A DNA stretch of 64,000 bases from Porticoccaceae bacterium. Lineage in GTDB: Bacteria; Pseudomonadota; Gammaproteobacteria; Pseudomonadales; Porticoccaceae. Location: NCBI GenBank assembly GCA_002731695.1, contig PCCK01000107.1:7-64006 (forward strand). Direction: 5' to 3'. The translations under genes and the position numbers were made by a program. Within the stretch, counting starts at the first letter, position 1; the number at the start of each line of letters is the position of its first letter. The notes under the pieces were generated by a model. That model was not told the DNA's origin. It was given only the letters and a program-made list of their open reading frames with translations, and did no database searches. Shown piece by piece: positions 1-10,637 of this stretch.

Positions 1-65
1 TGTGTGGGTTTGAGGTAGACAAAAGGGTAGTATAAATACTGATTAGAGAATAATAATGGAATGGA

Positions 66-87
66 ATGCAGTGCATATGCAGTGCAT
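66..87. repeat. Perfect tandem 11-bp direct repeat (ATGCAGTGCAT x2); possible integrase arm-type site
   Basis: ATGCAGTGCAT at 66-76 and 77-87, about 45 bp beyond the tRNA-Met 3' end. The repeat is seen directly; the function is inferred. Confidence 0.5.
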
Positions 88-132
88 CATGTATGATTGT
101 TTTCAGGGTTATAGCTAAGTCATTGAAAAATA

Positions 133-209
133 TGGTAGCTACGGCTGGACTTGAACCAGCGACCCCAGCATTATGAATGCTGTGCTCTAACCAGCTGAGC
201 TACGTAGCC
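133..209 (-). tRNA. tRNA-Met (CAT), elongator type
   Basis: Reverse complement GGCTACGTAGCTCAGCTGGTTAGAGCACAGCATTCATAATGCTGGGGTCGCTGGTTCAAGTCCAGCCGTAGCTACCA: cloverleaf, CAT anticodon, encoded CCA, GGCTACG start typical of elongator Met. Confidence 0.97.
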
Positions 210-243
210 ACTATATAAAAAATGTAAACACGAGTACTTTATC

Positions 244-280
244 GGGCGTGGATTTTGGACAGCATAGGCTTAATTGTCAA
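244..280 (-). promoter_or_regulatory. Sigma70 promoter of tRNA-Met with GC-rich discriminator
   Basis: Minus strand TTGACA-N17-CAAAAT followed by CCACGCCC. Confidence 0.7.
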
Positions 281-314
281 GTTTCAAGCTCAAGAAACTC
301 ATACATTTAAAAAT

Positions 315-1406
315 CTAGACGTTGAATCGGAAATGGATTATGTCTCCATCTTGAACAACGTAGTCTTTTCCCTCTAGTCTCCATCTACCAATGTCTTTAG
401 CACCTTGTTCACCATTGCAGCGAATAAAGTCCTCATAGCCCACGGTCTCGGCGCGAATGAAACCTTTCTCAAAATCGGTATGTATCTTTCCAGCAGCATT
501 GGGTGCGGTGAATCCAATTGGAATGGTCCAGGCACGAACCTCTTTAGGTCCCGCCGTAAAAAATGTATGGAGACCCAGCAGAGAGTACCCAGCCCTAATT
601 ACTCTATGCAATCCCGGTTCCGTTAATCCCATTTCTAAGAGGAACTCTTCTATTTCATCTTGGTCTAATTCAGACATTTCCGATTCTAGTTTATTACAGA
701 TTGGCAGAACCATAGCGCCTTCTGATTTTGCAACTTCATTTACAGTATGTAGATGAACATTTTCCTTTAAATCCTCATCATTTACATTTGCGATATACAT
801 TGTCGGTTTGAGGGTAAGGAAGTGAAGCGGTCTAAGTAGCTTCAATTGATGCTCATTTAGGCCCAGACTACGAAGTGGCTGGGCGTCATTAAGGTGAGGT
901 TGCACGGTCTTCAAGACATCAGCAAGAGCCATTGATTCATTGTCTCTACCCTTGACCAGTTTTTTTAAGCGAGTCGATGCTTTTTCCAGTGTCTCTAAAT
1001 CAGCTAAAGCAAGCTCGGTGTTGATTATATCTATGTCATTTTTAGGATTAATTTTATTTTCTACATGGATTATATTCTCATCATCAAAGCATCGTACCAC
1101 GTGAGCTATGGCATCGGTTTCTCTTATATTTGAGAGAAATCTATTGCCTAACCCCTCACCACTTGAAGCACCCGCGACTAGACCAGCAATATCCACAAAC
1201 TCCATGATTGTGGGTATCAACTTATCTGGTTTAACAATCTCTGCGATATTTTTTTGTCTCGGATCTGGTATTGCTACAACGCCGTTATTTGGTTCTATTG
1301 TGCAGAAGGGAAAATTTTCAGCACCGACTCCGGCCTGCGTTAGTGCATTGAATAACGTTGATTTTCCAACATTAGGTAAGCCAATGATTCCACAGTTGAA
1401 ACCCAT
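315..1406 (-). CDS. ychF: Redox-regulated ATPase YchF
   Basis: [13 protein letters not shown]-loop, [17 protein letters not shown]-terminal TGS ending FRFNV. Confidence 0.98.
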   Translation of the reverse strand: MGFNCGIIGLPNVGKSTLFNALTQAGVGAENFPFCTIEPNNGVVAIPDPRQKNIAEIVKPDKLIPTIMEFVDIAGLVAGASSGEGLGNRFLSNIRETDAIAHVVRCFDDENIIHVENKINPKNDIDIINTELALADLETLEKASTRLKKLVKGRDNESMALADVLKTVQPHLNDAQPLRSLGLNEHQLKLLRPLHFLTLKPTMYIANVNDEDLKENVHLHTVNEVAKSEGAMVLPICNKLESEMSELDQDEIEEFLLEMGLTEPGLHRVIRAGYSLLGLHTFFTAGPKEVRAWTIPIGFTAPNAAGKIHTDFEKGFIRAETVGYEDFIRCNGEQGAKDIGRWRLEGKDYVVQDGDIIHFRFNV

Positions 1407-1410
1407 TTTA

Positions 1411-2013
1411 TTATTCCTCTCTATCGAGTTTTTGATGACTGTGCAGACCAGTCATAGCGCGTTCCCAGTTACCAGAAACGGCATACGGCAGCCAAGTTAG
1501 AATCCTACTGAAATTGCCCTCAATCGCCGTTTTTTCCTCGGTCAAAGCCCTTTGCAGAACATAGTTACTTACTAATTTGGAGTTTCCAGGATGCCCAATA
1601 CCAATCCGAATTCGCGCAAAATCGCTGCAGTTATTGAGTCGTTGAATGATATTACGGAGACCGTTATGACCACCGTGACCACCACCCAATTTAAACCGTA
1701 CCACACCAGGCAAGAGATCAAGGTCATCATGGATAACCAATATTTCAGCGGGAGTAATTTGATAAAAATTACAAAATAACGCGACAGATTGACCGCTTAC
1801 GTTCATAAAAGTAGTTGGAGCAAGCAAACGAACTTCTTGGCTCTCTAAGACCATCTTTGCCGAATCACCTAGAAACTTACTTTCACGTTTTAGATGCACA
1901 TTAACGCTAGCGGCAATAATTTTGAGTAAATCATAGCCTGCATTGTGTCTAGTCCCCTCATACTCCGGACCAGAGTTGCGTAATCCAACTATCATTTTGA
2001 TCGGATTTAACAA
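1411..2013 (-). CDS. pth: Peptidyl-tRNA hydrolase
   Basis: [21 protein letters not shown] and RIRIGIGHP motifs; synteny. Confidence 0.97.
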   Translation of the reverse strand: MLNPIKMIVGLRNSGPEYEGTRHNAGYDLLKIIAASVNVHLKRESKFLGDSAKMVLESQEVRLLAPTTFMNVSGQSVALFCNFYQITPAEILVIHDDLDLLPGVVRFKLGGGHGGHNGLRNIIQRLNNCSDFARIRIGIGHPGNSKLVSNYVLQRALTEEKTAIEGNFSRILTWLPYAVSGNWERAMTGLHSHQKLDREE

Positions 2014-2045
2014 TTTAAATAAGCGTAGTCAAATATACCAATGCC

Positions 2046-2681
2046 TCAGATTTTATTATCGTTTTCGCCTTCGCTTGAATCCGTAGTGGCAGCGGTTCCT
2101 TTGGATTTGTTAACTACAGCGACAGGCAGATCGTATCCGTGACCTTTGGTTAGAGCAGCGCTCTCCACCCCTTTTGGCAAATTTATGTCTGAGATGTGGA
2201 GCGTTTCGCCAACCGCAAGATTTGACAAATCAACTTCGATATTCTCTGGGAGATTTTTGGGCAAGCACCTTACCTCTAGTTCGCTCATAGTATGTGAAAT
2301 AATTCCGCCTTGTTTCTTCACACCAACACATATGTCCTCATTTAAAAAGTGTAATGGAATTTTAATGGTGAGGGACGTCGATTTGTTTATTCGGAGAAAG
2401 TCCATGTGTAAAACGGTAGCCTTGGCCGGATGTCGCTGAATGTCTTTCACAACGACTTCTTCATCCTTGCCATCTATTTTTAAATGAATAATATGGGCAT
2501 AGAAAGACTCATTTTCTAAAGCTTTCATCACATCTTTGTGTATCAAGCTAATGGATTGTGGATTTATTTTGCCACCATAAATTACAGCTGGAATTTCACC
2601 ATTTAAACGACGCATCCGCCGAACTTCTCCTTTTCCAAATAGATCACGCTTTCTCGCTGACAAAGCAAATTGATTAGACAT
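2046..2681 (-). CDS. rplY: 50S ribosomal protein L25/Ctc (long form)
   Basis: IPAVIYGG, QRHP, HMDFLR; position between prs and pth. Confidence 0.97.
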   Translation of the reverse strand: MSNQFALSARKRDLFGKGEVRRMRRLNGEIPAVIYGGKINPQSISLIHKDVMKALENESFYAHIIHLKIDGKDEEVVVKDIQRHPAKATVLHMDFLRINKSTSLTIKIPLHFLNEDICVGVKKQGGIISHTMSELEVRCLPKNLPENIEVDLSNLAVGETLHISDINLPKGVESAALTKGHGYDLPVAVVNKSKGTAATTDSSEGENDNKI

Positions 2682-2770
2682 AACTACTCTCCTTGATTTT
2701 TATGTTTCTGGTTTCACGACAACCTGAAGTGAATCATGTAACTATCTAATGATGACTATTTTTTCACCAA

Positions 2771-3712
2771 CTATAAGAACATAGCACTGATTGATTCTTC
2801 ATTGCTTATGCGACGTATTGTTTCCGCAAGTAGGGGGCCTAGAGGCAAAACTCTAATATTATTACAATTTCTCGCTTCTTTAGAGAGAGGTATGCTGTTG
2901 GTCACCACTAATTCATCCAATTTTGAATTTAGAATGTTATCGATGGCGTCACCGCTCAACACAGCATGTGTCGCATAAGCAACGACACGAGCCGCTCCGT
3001 GATCCTTAAGCGTTTCTGCCGCCTTACACAGGGTACCGGCGGTGTCTACAATATCATCAACAAGCACGCATGTTTTGTCCGTAACTTCACCGATTAAATT
3101 CATAGTTTCTGATTGATTCGCTACCGTTCTTCTTTTGTCTATGATTGCGAGGTCACAACTCAATTGCTTCGCAACAGCTCTAGCGCGCACCACTCCACCG
3201 ATATCTGGCGACACAACATGAAGGCTTGAGTGGTTCCGTCGCTGAATGTCGGCGAGAAGAACTGGAGCGCCGTAGACGTTGTCTACAGTGCAATTAAAGA
3301 ACCCTTGGATTTGTTCTGCGTGTAAATCAACAGTCAAGACACGATCTACTCCAGCATTCGATAAAATATCAGCCACTACTTTTGCACTTATCGGTACTCG
3401 AATAGATCGCACCCTTCGATCTTGACGAGCGTAACCAAAATATGGCACTACCGCCGTAATGCGACCGGCGGAAGCACGTCTTAAAGCATCAATCATTAAA
3501 ACCAACTCCATGACATGCCTGTTGGTTGGTGAACATGTGGGCTGCACGACAAAGACGTCTTGACCTCTTACATTTTCGCGTATCTCAACATTAATTTCTC
3601 CATCCGAAAACAGAGACACCACGGCTTCGCTTATGGCAACACCAAGAGATTTTCCAACTTCCTTTGCCAGTTCTATATTGGCGTTTCCCGAAAAAACCAT
3701 CAGTCTTGACAC
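2771..3712 (-). CDS. prs: Ribose-phosphate pyrophosphokinase
   Basis: [31 protein letters not shown]. Start set at GTG 3712 after AGGA because the longer ORF runs into the tRNA. Confidence 0.97.
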   Translation of the reverse strand: MSRLMVFSGNANIELAKEVGKSLGVAISEAVVSLFSDGEINVEIRENVRGQDVFVVQPTCSPTNRHVMELVLMIDALRRASAGRITAVVPYFGYARQDRRVRSIRVPISAKVVADILSNAGVDRVLTVDLHAEQIQGFFNCTVDNVYGAPVLLADIQRRNHSSLHVVSPDIGGVVRARAVAKQLSCDLAIIDKRRTVANQSETMNLIGEVTDKTCVLVDDIVDTAGTLCKAAETLKDHGAARVVAYATHAVLSGDAIDNILNSKLDELVVTNSIPLSKEARNCNNIRVLPLGPLLAETIRRISNEESISAMFL

Positions 3713-3756
3713 AGAAACTTTCCTATTTTGCATATTAAAAACAGCTTCGATATTTT

Positions 3757-3832
3757 TGGCTGGGGCGGGAGGAGTCGAACCTCCGAATGACGGGATCAAA
3801 ACCCGTTGCCTTAACCACTTGGCGACGCCCCA
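3757..3832 (-). tRNA. tRNA-Gln (TTG)
   Basis: TGGGGCGTCGCCAAGTGGTTAAGGCAACGGGTTTTGATCCCGTCATTCGGAGGTTCGACTCCTCCCGCCCCAGCCA; usual position between ispE and prs. Confidence 0.97.
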
Positions 3833-3849
3833 TTTAAATCATGATTGAG

Positions 3850-4725
3850 CTAAATGATATTCTCCAGTTTCTTATAAAGAATAGAGCGGTTTACGCCTTT
3901 AGCGACGAACGATCTCCACTCACTTGGCACCTGTTGCTGGACTCTCTCAGCGCTGACACGAAATTGGAAACCACAAAAAACGCCTGAACCAGTTCCCGTC
4001 AAGCGGGGAGTACCAAACGTTTTCAACCACTCCACCACTTCTTTCACTTCAATGTGTAGGTTTTCTACAACGCCCTGACAATCATTTCCACATAAAAGCC
4101 CAGTAGTTATCTGAGTTGCGTCTAGCGCCGATATTTTGATCGGTGGGGAGTTTCTTGTCAATTCGGGATGTGAAAATATTCTTCTCGTAGAAATGTGTAA
4201 ATTAGGCACTATTATTAAATACCAAATATCAGGGAGGAAAATTGGACTCAGTATATCTCCAACCCCTTCGGCCGACGCACTATTCCCTCGCACGAATACA
4301 GGCACATCAGCGCCGAGGTTTTTTCCGATATTTGCAAGTTGATCTGTGTTTAGTTTGCAATTCCAAAGTAAGTTTAGTCCAATTAAAGTAGTTGCGGCGT
4401 TACTGCTTCCACCACCTAAACCGGCTCCAATTGGGATATTTTTTTGAAGTAATATCTCACATCCTGAGGAGACGCCGGTGGTGCTCTGAAGCATTTTAGC
4501 GGCGTGTAACACTATGTTATCTTCTAGTTTTATTTCATTATCTTTGAAGTTTAATATGATTTTTTTATCTGCTCGAAAATGAAGCGTGATGAAATCGCCA
4601 GTGTTTAGCAAATGAAATATTGTTTGTATATTGTGATATCCATCGCGCCGACGATTCAAGATGTTCAAGAAAAGGTTAAGTTTTGCCGGAGATGGGAGTT
4701 TAAGAGACCGCTTATTATTTATCAT
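3850..4725 (-). CDS. ispE: 4-diphosphocytidyl-2-C-methyl-D-erythritol kinase
   Basis: SPAKLNLFL, KNIPIGAGLGGGSSNAAT, LGADVPVF, LTGTGS; start approximate. Confidence 0.96.
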   Translation of the reverse strand: MINNKRSLKLPSPAKLNLFLNILNRRRDGYHNIQTIFHLLNTGDFITLHFRADKKIILNFKDNEIKLEDNIVLHAAKMLQSTTGVSSGCEILLQKNIPIGAGLGGGSSNAATTLIGLNLLWNCKLNTDQLANIGKNLGADVPVFVRGNSASAEGVGDILSPIFLPDIWYLIIVPNLHISTRRIFSHPELTRNSPPIKISALDATQITTGLLCGNDCQGVVENLHIEVKEVVEWLKTFGTPRLTGTGSGVFCGFQFRVSAERVQQQVPSEWRSFVAKGVNRSILYKKLENII

Positions 4726-4727
4726 TA

Positions 4728-5321
4728 TTAGATTTTTATTTTTGACCATTTTGTTACAACCAATTTAAATGATTGTTCATTTTTGTATCCTAAAATTTTT
4801 CGCGGTAAACTTCCGAATGGAGTGGGTTTATAATTCTCAAATTTTAGTGACCATCCAGCTTGTTCAAACTTGTATGCTTGTCCGTCAGGGTAAGTAAGCA
4901 AGTTTGTTTGTATTAAATGTGGAGAGGGAATCCCCCGAAGCCAATACGTTAAGACATCAAATTTGAAAGGAATGCCAACGATATCGTTTACTAGTTCACT
5001 TGGCGATCCCACTTTTCTTTCCCCATTGTACTGTAAAATTGCTTCGTCATTGTCGCCGGTCAACAAGACATTTTGAATGCCTAGAGGGCCTGATAATATG
5101 ATTGAGAAGTCATTATTTATTTGTTTCCAATCAAGCCGCACCGATCCAGAATATTGTGGGGTTTGTATCGCTATCTTAGCGAAAGCCTGCCATCGGTCAT
5201 AAGGCGATACTGACGCCCTATGTATTATCCAATTGTTTGCGTCGCTAGGGTCGTGAGGTTGTGGGACGGTGCCACAGCCAAAAAAAACAGTGGTGATTAC
5301 AAATAGGACTATTTTAATCAA
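4728..5321 (-). CDS. lolB: Outer-membrane lipoprotein insertion protein LolB
   Basis: Lipobox FFGC, LSGPLG, YWLRGIP; directly upstream of ispE. Confidence 0.9.
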   Translation of the reverse strand: MIKIVLFVITTVFFGCGTVPQPHDPSDANNWIIHRASVSPYDRWQAFAKIAIQTPQYSGSVRLDWKQINNDFSIILSGPLGIQNVLLTGDNDEAILQYNGERKVGSPSELVNDIVGIPFKFDVLTYWLRGIPSPHLIQTNLLTYPDGQAYKFEQAGWSLKFENYKPTPFGSLPRKILGYKNEQSFKLVVTKWSKIKI

Positions 5322-7078
5322 TTGTCGTTTCGCTTCTGTAACGAGATCCCCAAGCGTTTCATTGTACTAATGATTTGCACTGCGTTAGGGACCCTTTTCA
5401 ATCCTTGATTCCAAGTTTTTATTGCTTTTACCTCATCACCTAGAGTCCAATAAATTTCACCAAGGTGCGCTGCGATTTCAGGATCTGGCATTTTTTCCAT
5501 GGCCCGCTTTAAAAAGTCAAGGGCCTCTATCATTTCTCCTCGTTTGAACAATGCCCATCCCATGCTATCAATAATTGCGGGGCTATCTGGTTTTAAAATA
5601 TAAGCTCGCTTAATAAAATTGAATGCCTCATCTAAACGATCGGTGTTTAATAACATCGTATATCCAAGGGCATTAAGCGCAGAAACATTATCTGCATCAC
5701 GCGAAATAATTTTTAGTAAGTCAGATTCAGCTAACGAAAAATCACCTTGTTGCTCTGCTAACATTGCTCTCGCATAGAGTAAGTCAGTGTCATCAGGATG
5801 ACTTTCTATACCTTCTGCAAGAACTTTAAGTGCATTTGCAGGCTGTTTAATTTTTATTAATATATTAGATTCTAACTCAAATAATTCTTTACTTCGTTCA
5901 GGAAGTGCGGAACGAAGTATATTGAGATGATTTTTGGCGTTAACGAGGCTACTTGTTTGTATTAGTAATTCAAAAACACGTGAGGTGGCGGCTAAGAAGT
6001 TGCTTCCTTCTAGCACTTTTTTATAATTAAAAATTGCTCTCTCGTAGTTGTTGGTTTTATCGTGTATGTAACCGAGGTAGTAATGAGAATCTAAAGAATA
6101 ACGGTAACTCAGTGTCAATTGATTTAAGAGCTTCTCAGCCTTCTCGTGTTTGTTGTCCTCGATATACAGTAGTGCTAATAGAAAGTTAACTTCCTCGCTG
6201 TGCAGGGTACTTTCTTGCAAGAGTTCAAATTGGCGTAAGCCTTTGGAGCGATCAACGGTAGTAAGTAAACGCGCATACTGGAGACGCAGTTTTTGGCTTT
6301 CTGGAAAACTTTGTAAAGCCTCCTGAATCACCAGAATAGCGTCTTCAGTTTGTTTTTGTTGGTGAAGTATTTGTGCTAAGACCTGTCGTCCTCTTACGTC
6401 ATCTGGTCTCTTAGTAATATAATTTACTATAACTTTTTTCGCCTCAACTAGTTCACCATCCTCTCTCAATAGCATGGCCACAGCTAGTTCGCTTGTTATT
6501 TTCTTTTCAGCCGGCAGATCAATTTCTCTATATGCCTTTATTAATGGTTTTATCTGTGATTTTTTTCTACCCTCTGCGATAGTCGTAATCGCTAAAAATA
6601 CACTATCGTCATCCTCTTTTTTGTAGAGCCAAGCGGCGTAGGGTAGTGCTTTTAGTGCATTTTCGAGAATAGAATATGCTTGAAGCATTGCGCGATATGC
6701 ATCGTTTTTTTGGGGGTTTATATCTAGCCATAGTGCGGCCATTTCGTAGGATGATTTACCATCTTGGGCATACTGCGCTATTCCAAATGCAATTTCTGTT
6801 ACAGCCTCATCACGAGTATATTTTGCTTGTGATATGTATTTAGATAAAGCGGTGGGGTATTGGCCGCGAATCAATGCGATGTCAGCCACGAGTAATTGGT
6901 ATAACGTCTCTTCATCGAAAGGTTTGATTTTTTCATATTTAGTCTTTTTGAGCGCCGGCTGAGCTCGAAAACTGTTAGCGTAATTGTCGGTTTGGGTCGA
7001 AGTCAAAACATGAGAACATCCATGCAGAGCAGGAACAAATAAAAACACGTTAAATAACATAGTGACAAATTTTGGCAT
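5318..7078 (-). CDS. TPR-repeat lipoprotein (PA4667/LbcA-like)
   Basis: Lipobox LHGC, TPR repeats with ALNALGY, DSMGW, EIAAHLGE; position between hemA and lolB. Confidence 0.85.
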   Translation of the reverse strand: MPKFVTMLFNVFLFVPALHGCSHVLTSTQTDNYANSFRAQPALKKTKYEKIKPFDEETLYQLLVADIALIRGQYPTALSKYISQAKYTRDEAVTEIAFGIAQYAQDGKSSYEMAALWLDINPQKNDAYRAMLQAYSILENALKALPYAAWLYKKEDDDSVFLAITTIAEGRKKSQIKPLIKAYREIDLPAEKKITSELAVAMLLREDGELVEAKKVIVNYITKRPDDVRGRQVLAQILHQQKQTEDAILVIQEALQSFPESQKLRLQYARLLTTVDRSKGLRQFELLQESTLHSEEVNFLLALLYIEDNKHEKAEKLLNQLTLSYRYSLDSHYYLGYIHDKTNNYERAIFNYKKVLEGSNFLAATSRVFELLIQTSSLVNAKNHLNILRSALPERSKELFELESNILIKIKQPANALKVLAEGIESHPDDTDLLYARAMLAEQQGDFSLAESDLLKIISRDADNVSALNALGYTMLLNTDRLDEAFNFIKRAYILKPDSPAIIDSMGWALFKRGEMIEALDFLKRAMEKMPDPEIAAHLGEIYWTLGDEVKAIKTWNQGLKRVPNAVQIISTMKRLGISLQKRNDN

Positions 7079-7288
7079 ATGGGTATTGTCACGGTTATTT
7101 GAAGTTAAGACAACGGACAAAACATATTACGATAACGAAACTTGAATACTGCGGCGGCCGTACACACCTATCGGTATGGTAAAAAAATTTCTACATGGTT
7201 TAGTTCTCCAAGCTATAATCGTTTAGGAAGGATAGATTTTGTGATTTCGTAATATGACTTGCAAGATCAGGTTTTGAAGAAAGGGGAA

Positions 7289-8542
7289 GTGCTCATCTTA
7301 GTTTTTGGTGTCAATCACAAATCGGCGATTATCGAGACACGCGAGCAAGCCCATTTTTCTCCCGAGGAAATCATAGAGGCGTTACACTTGGCTTTACGCG
7401 AGACTGGACTTAAAGAGGCCGCAATATTATCGACCTGTAATCGCACTGAGTTATATGGTGTGGGTAACGTTTCCGATTATGATGTCTTGCGTTGGTTATC
7501 AAGAAACCGAAATCTGCAGTTTGATAAGCTTAGAGATGCTTTTTACTGCTATAGAGACTTGCAAGCACTGAGACATCTCATTTTGGTGTCAAGTGGATTG
7601 GATTCAATGGTGTTGGGTGAGCCGCAGATTTTCGGGCAAATCAAGTCTGCTTATTCGGTGGGTCGGGAAGCTGGGACAGTTTCGTCCAGTTTAAATCAGG
7701 CCTTCCAACACGTCTTTTCCACCGTCAAACGAATTCGCACCGAGACGGCTATAGGCCAGAGTCCGGTATCGGTAGCTTACGCATCTGTCCGGTTAGCACG
7801 ACAAATTTTCTCCGATTTCGAGTCTAAAACTACGCTTCTCATTGGCGCAGGCGAAACAATTGAGCTTGTTGCTAGGCACCTTGGCGATCAAGGAATGGGT
7901 GAAATTATTGTTGCTAACAGAACTCTCAGCCGAGCAAGGGACGTGGTTAAAAATTTCGCCTCTAAAATTATTTTGCTCTCCGATATTCCCCAATATTTGC
8001 ATAAAGCGGATATTCTGATTTCATCCACTGCCAGCCAATTGCCTATTTTAGGAAAAGGTGCTGTAGAGGATGCTATTAAAAAGCGCAGAAAAAAACCAAT
8101 GTTGTTGATTGATTTGGCAGTGCCTCGGGATATAGAGCCGCAGGTCAATCAAATGTCCGATGTTTATCTATATAACGTTGATGATTTGACTAACGTTGTT
8201 CAGGATGGTTTGTCATCGAGACGCTCGGCAGCTGATGCCGCTGATGTCATCATCGAGCAAGAGATCAAAAACTGGGCTCGGCACCAAAGAGCGCTGAATG
8301 CTGTGGATACTATAAGAGCATTTCGTAAAAGTATAGAAATACTTCGCGATATGGAAGTTGAAAAGGCTCTTTCGTCTCTCAGGCGCGGTCAAGATTCAGA
8401 GGAGGTTATTAATACGCTCGCTCGTAATTTGACAAATAAATTGATGCATAAGCCCACTACTCGGCTTAAGTTGGCCAGTGAGGAAGGTCGCGACGATACC
8501 ATACACGCGACCAAGGACTTGTTTGGATTGACTGCTGAGTGA
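7289..8542 (+). CDS. hemA: Glutamyl-tRNA reductase
   Basis: GVNHKSA, LSTCNRTE, GLDSMVLGEPQI, IGAGET, DLAVPRDI; GTG start inferred. Confidence 0.97.
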   Translation: MLILVFGVNHKSAIIETREQAHFSPEEIIEALHLALRETGLKEAAILSTCNRTELYGVGNVSDYDVLRWLSRNRNLQFDKLRDAFYCYRDLQALRHLILVSSGLDSMVLGEPQIFGQIKSAYSVGREAGTVSSSLNQAFQHVFSTVKRIRTETAIGQSPVSVAYASVRLARQIFSDFESKTTLLIGAGETIELVARHLGDQGMGEIIVANRTLSRARDVVKNFASKIILLSDIPQYLHKADILISSTASQLPILGKGAVEDAIKKRRKKPMLLIDLAVPRDIEPQVNQMSDVYLYNVDDLTNVVQDGLSSRRSAADAADVIIEQEIKNWARHQRALNAVDTIRAFRKSIEILRDMEVEKALSSLRRGQDSEEVINTLARNLTNKLMHKPTTRLKLASEEGRDDTIHATKDLFGLTAE

Positions 8543-8602
8543 CCTAAAGATGCTTAAATCTTGCGTTATCCTCGTCATCAAATTCAGAGCAATAGGTTTG
8601 TG

Positions 8603-9685
8603 ATGAAAGAGTCAATCGCTGCCAAATTGGAGGGTCTCTGTGATCGTTTTGATGAGTTATCAGCGCTATTGAGTGATAAAAGAACCCTTACCGAGCCAGA
8701 CACATTAAGGCTTTTTTCAAAAGAATATGCTGAGTTGAATCCAGTGGTGACATCATACAAAAACTATTCCAAGGTCTTGGATGAAGTGCAGGGTTTGAAC
8801 AATATGTTGCAAGATCCTGATTCAGGTATCCGTGAGTTGGCGCAAGAAGAGTTGCGAATCAGTGAGAAAAGTCTGAAGAGGTTGGAAATTGATCTGCAAC
8901 AATCTTTACTCTCAAAGGATCCAAATGATGACAAGAATGTGTTTTTAGAAATTCGTGCGGGTGCTGGAGGTGATGAGGCAGCGATTTTCTCGGGAGATCT
9001 TTTTAGGATGTATAGCAAATATTCTGAGCGTCGCCGTTGGAAGGTCGAAATAGTGAGTTCTCATGAGGGAGATCACGGTGGTTTTAAAGAAGTAATAGCA
9101 CGAATTAGTGGCAAGGATGTTTATTCTAAATTGAAATTTGAGTCAGGCGCGCACAGGGTTCAAAGGGTGCCTGAAACTGAGTCACAGGGTAGAGTTCATA
9201 CCTCGACATGCACGGTGGCGATCCTTGCAGAGCCAGATGAACGAGACGCAGTTGAAATCAGCAAGTCAGACCTTCGGATTGATACATTTAGAGCCTCCGG
9301 TTCGGGCGGACAGCATGTGAATAAAACTGACTCAGCGATTCGACTGACTCATATACCGACAGGTTTCGTGGTTGAATGTCAGGACGAAAGGTCACAGCAT
9401 AAGAACCGTGCTAAAGCAATGGCAGTACTTCAGGCACGTTTAAGTGCTGCTCAAAATGATGCACTCATTCGTGAGGAAGATGAAAAACGACGTATTTTGG
9501 TAGGAAGCGGTGATCGTTCTGAGCGCATCCGAACATATAATTTCCCTCAGGGGCGACTTACTGATCACCGTATCAATTTAACTCTATATAAGCTTCTCGA
9601 AATAGTCGAAGGCGATTTGGAGGAGATAGTGCAAGAGCTTACAAATGATTTTCAAGCATCACAATTATCAAAAATTGCGGAATAG
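8603..9685 (+). CDS. prfA: Peptide chain release factor 1
   Basis: [10 protein letters not shown] (PxT), [18 protein letters not shown]. Confidence 0.98.
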   Translation: MKESIAAKLEGLCDRFDELSALLSDKRTLTEPDTLRLFSKEYAELNPVVTSYKNYSKVLDEVQGLNNMLQDPDSGIRELAQEELRISEKSLKRLEIDLQQSLLSKDPNDDKNVFLEIRAGAGGDEAAIFSGDLFRMYSKYSERRRWKVEIVSSHEGDHGGFKEVIARISGKDVYSKLKFESGAHRVQRVPETESQGRVHTSTCTVAILAEPDERDAVEISKSDLRIDTFRASGSGGQHVNKTDSAIRLTHIPTGFVVECQDERSQHKNRAKAMAVLQARLSAAQNDALIREEDEKRRILVGSGDRSERIRTYNFPQGRLTDHRINLTLYKLLEIVEGDLEEIVQELTNDFQASQLSKIAE

Positions 9686-9696
9686 GTAGTTTTCTT

Positions 9697-10536
9697 TTGA
9701 CATTAATCTCAGATTTATTGAAGCGAGCCTCTGAGCTAGAAAAAATAAGTGATTCGCCAGTTTTGGACACGCAAAGAATTATTTGTAGCACCATAAAGCG
9801 TGATACTAGCTTCCTATATACTTGGCCTTGTGCGGAAATTACATCTAATGAATTGAAAAATTTTGAGTTATTGTTTGCTCGCCGATTAATGGGAGAACCG
9901 ATCGCCTACTTAACCGGAGAACAAGGATTTTGGTCGTTGGTTCTGAAAGTTAATTCACACACCTTGATACCTCGCCCTGAGACAGAGCTGCTCGTGGAGA
10001 TCGCCTTGGATAAAGGTACTGTAGCACAAGCTTCGGCGCTTGATTTGGGCACTGGCAGTGGCTCAATTGCTTTAGCTTTGGCTAGCGAACGAGAGAATTG
10101 GAACATAGTTGCGATTGAAAAAAATCCTAGAGCGTTGACTTTAGCAAAATCAAATGGCTCTCGTTTGAGGCTTAAAAATGTTGATTTCATAGCGGGTGAT
10201 TGGTTTAGTCCATTAAGTACACGTCGTTTTCACTTAATTGTAAGTAATCCTCCATATGTGGCAATAGGCGATGATAAGCTTGACGGAGATGGAGTCCGGT
10301 TTGAACCCAAGGAGGCACTTGTTTCTGGTGTCGATGGGTTGGATAGTTTGCGTTATATTATTTCCCAGTCACCTAAATTTTTGCATCATGGTGGTTGGCT
10401 CATATTGGAGCACGGGTGTGATCAGGGTGCTGAGGTTCGAAAATTATTTTTGTCTCTGGGGTATGGAGAAGTTTCGACATATTCGGATTTAAACCATCGG
10501 GAGCGCATCACGCTTGGGTGCTTCAAATGCTTTTAA
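9697..10536 (+). CDS. prmC: Release factor glutamine methyltransferase
   Basis: GEPIAY, LIPRPETE, DLGTGSG, SNPPY. Confidence 0.96.
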   Translation: MTLISDLLKRASELEKISDSPVLDTQRIICSTIKRDTSFLYTWPCAEITSNELKNFELLFARRLMGEPIAYLTGEQGFWSLVLKVNSHTLIPRPETELLVEIALDKGTVAQASALDLGTGSGSIALALASERENWNIVAIEKNPRALTLAKSNGSRLRLKNVDFIAGDWFSPLSTRRFHLIVSNPPYVAIGDDKLDGDGVRFEPKEALVSGVDGLDSLRYIISQSPKFLHHGGWLILEHGCDQGAEVRKLFLSLGYGEVSTYSDLNHRERITLGCFKCF

Positions 10537-10637
10537 AGTAGAAATATTAGCTATATACACTGGTGTTGGAACGTTTAAAACATATTTTCACAAAAATGAT
10601 ACAATTAAAAATTCTAAGCAGATGGTGAGAAAATAAT

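Noticed and set aside
3713-3848. N-terminal extension of prs and ORF 3633-3848
   Set aside because: Both run through tRNA-Gln; prs most plausibly starts at GTG 3712.
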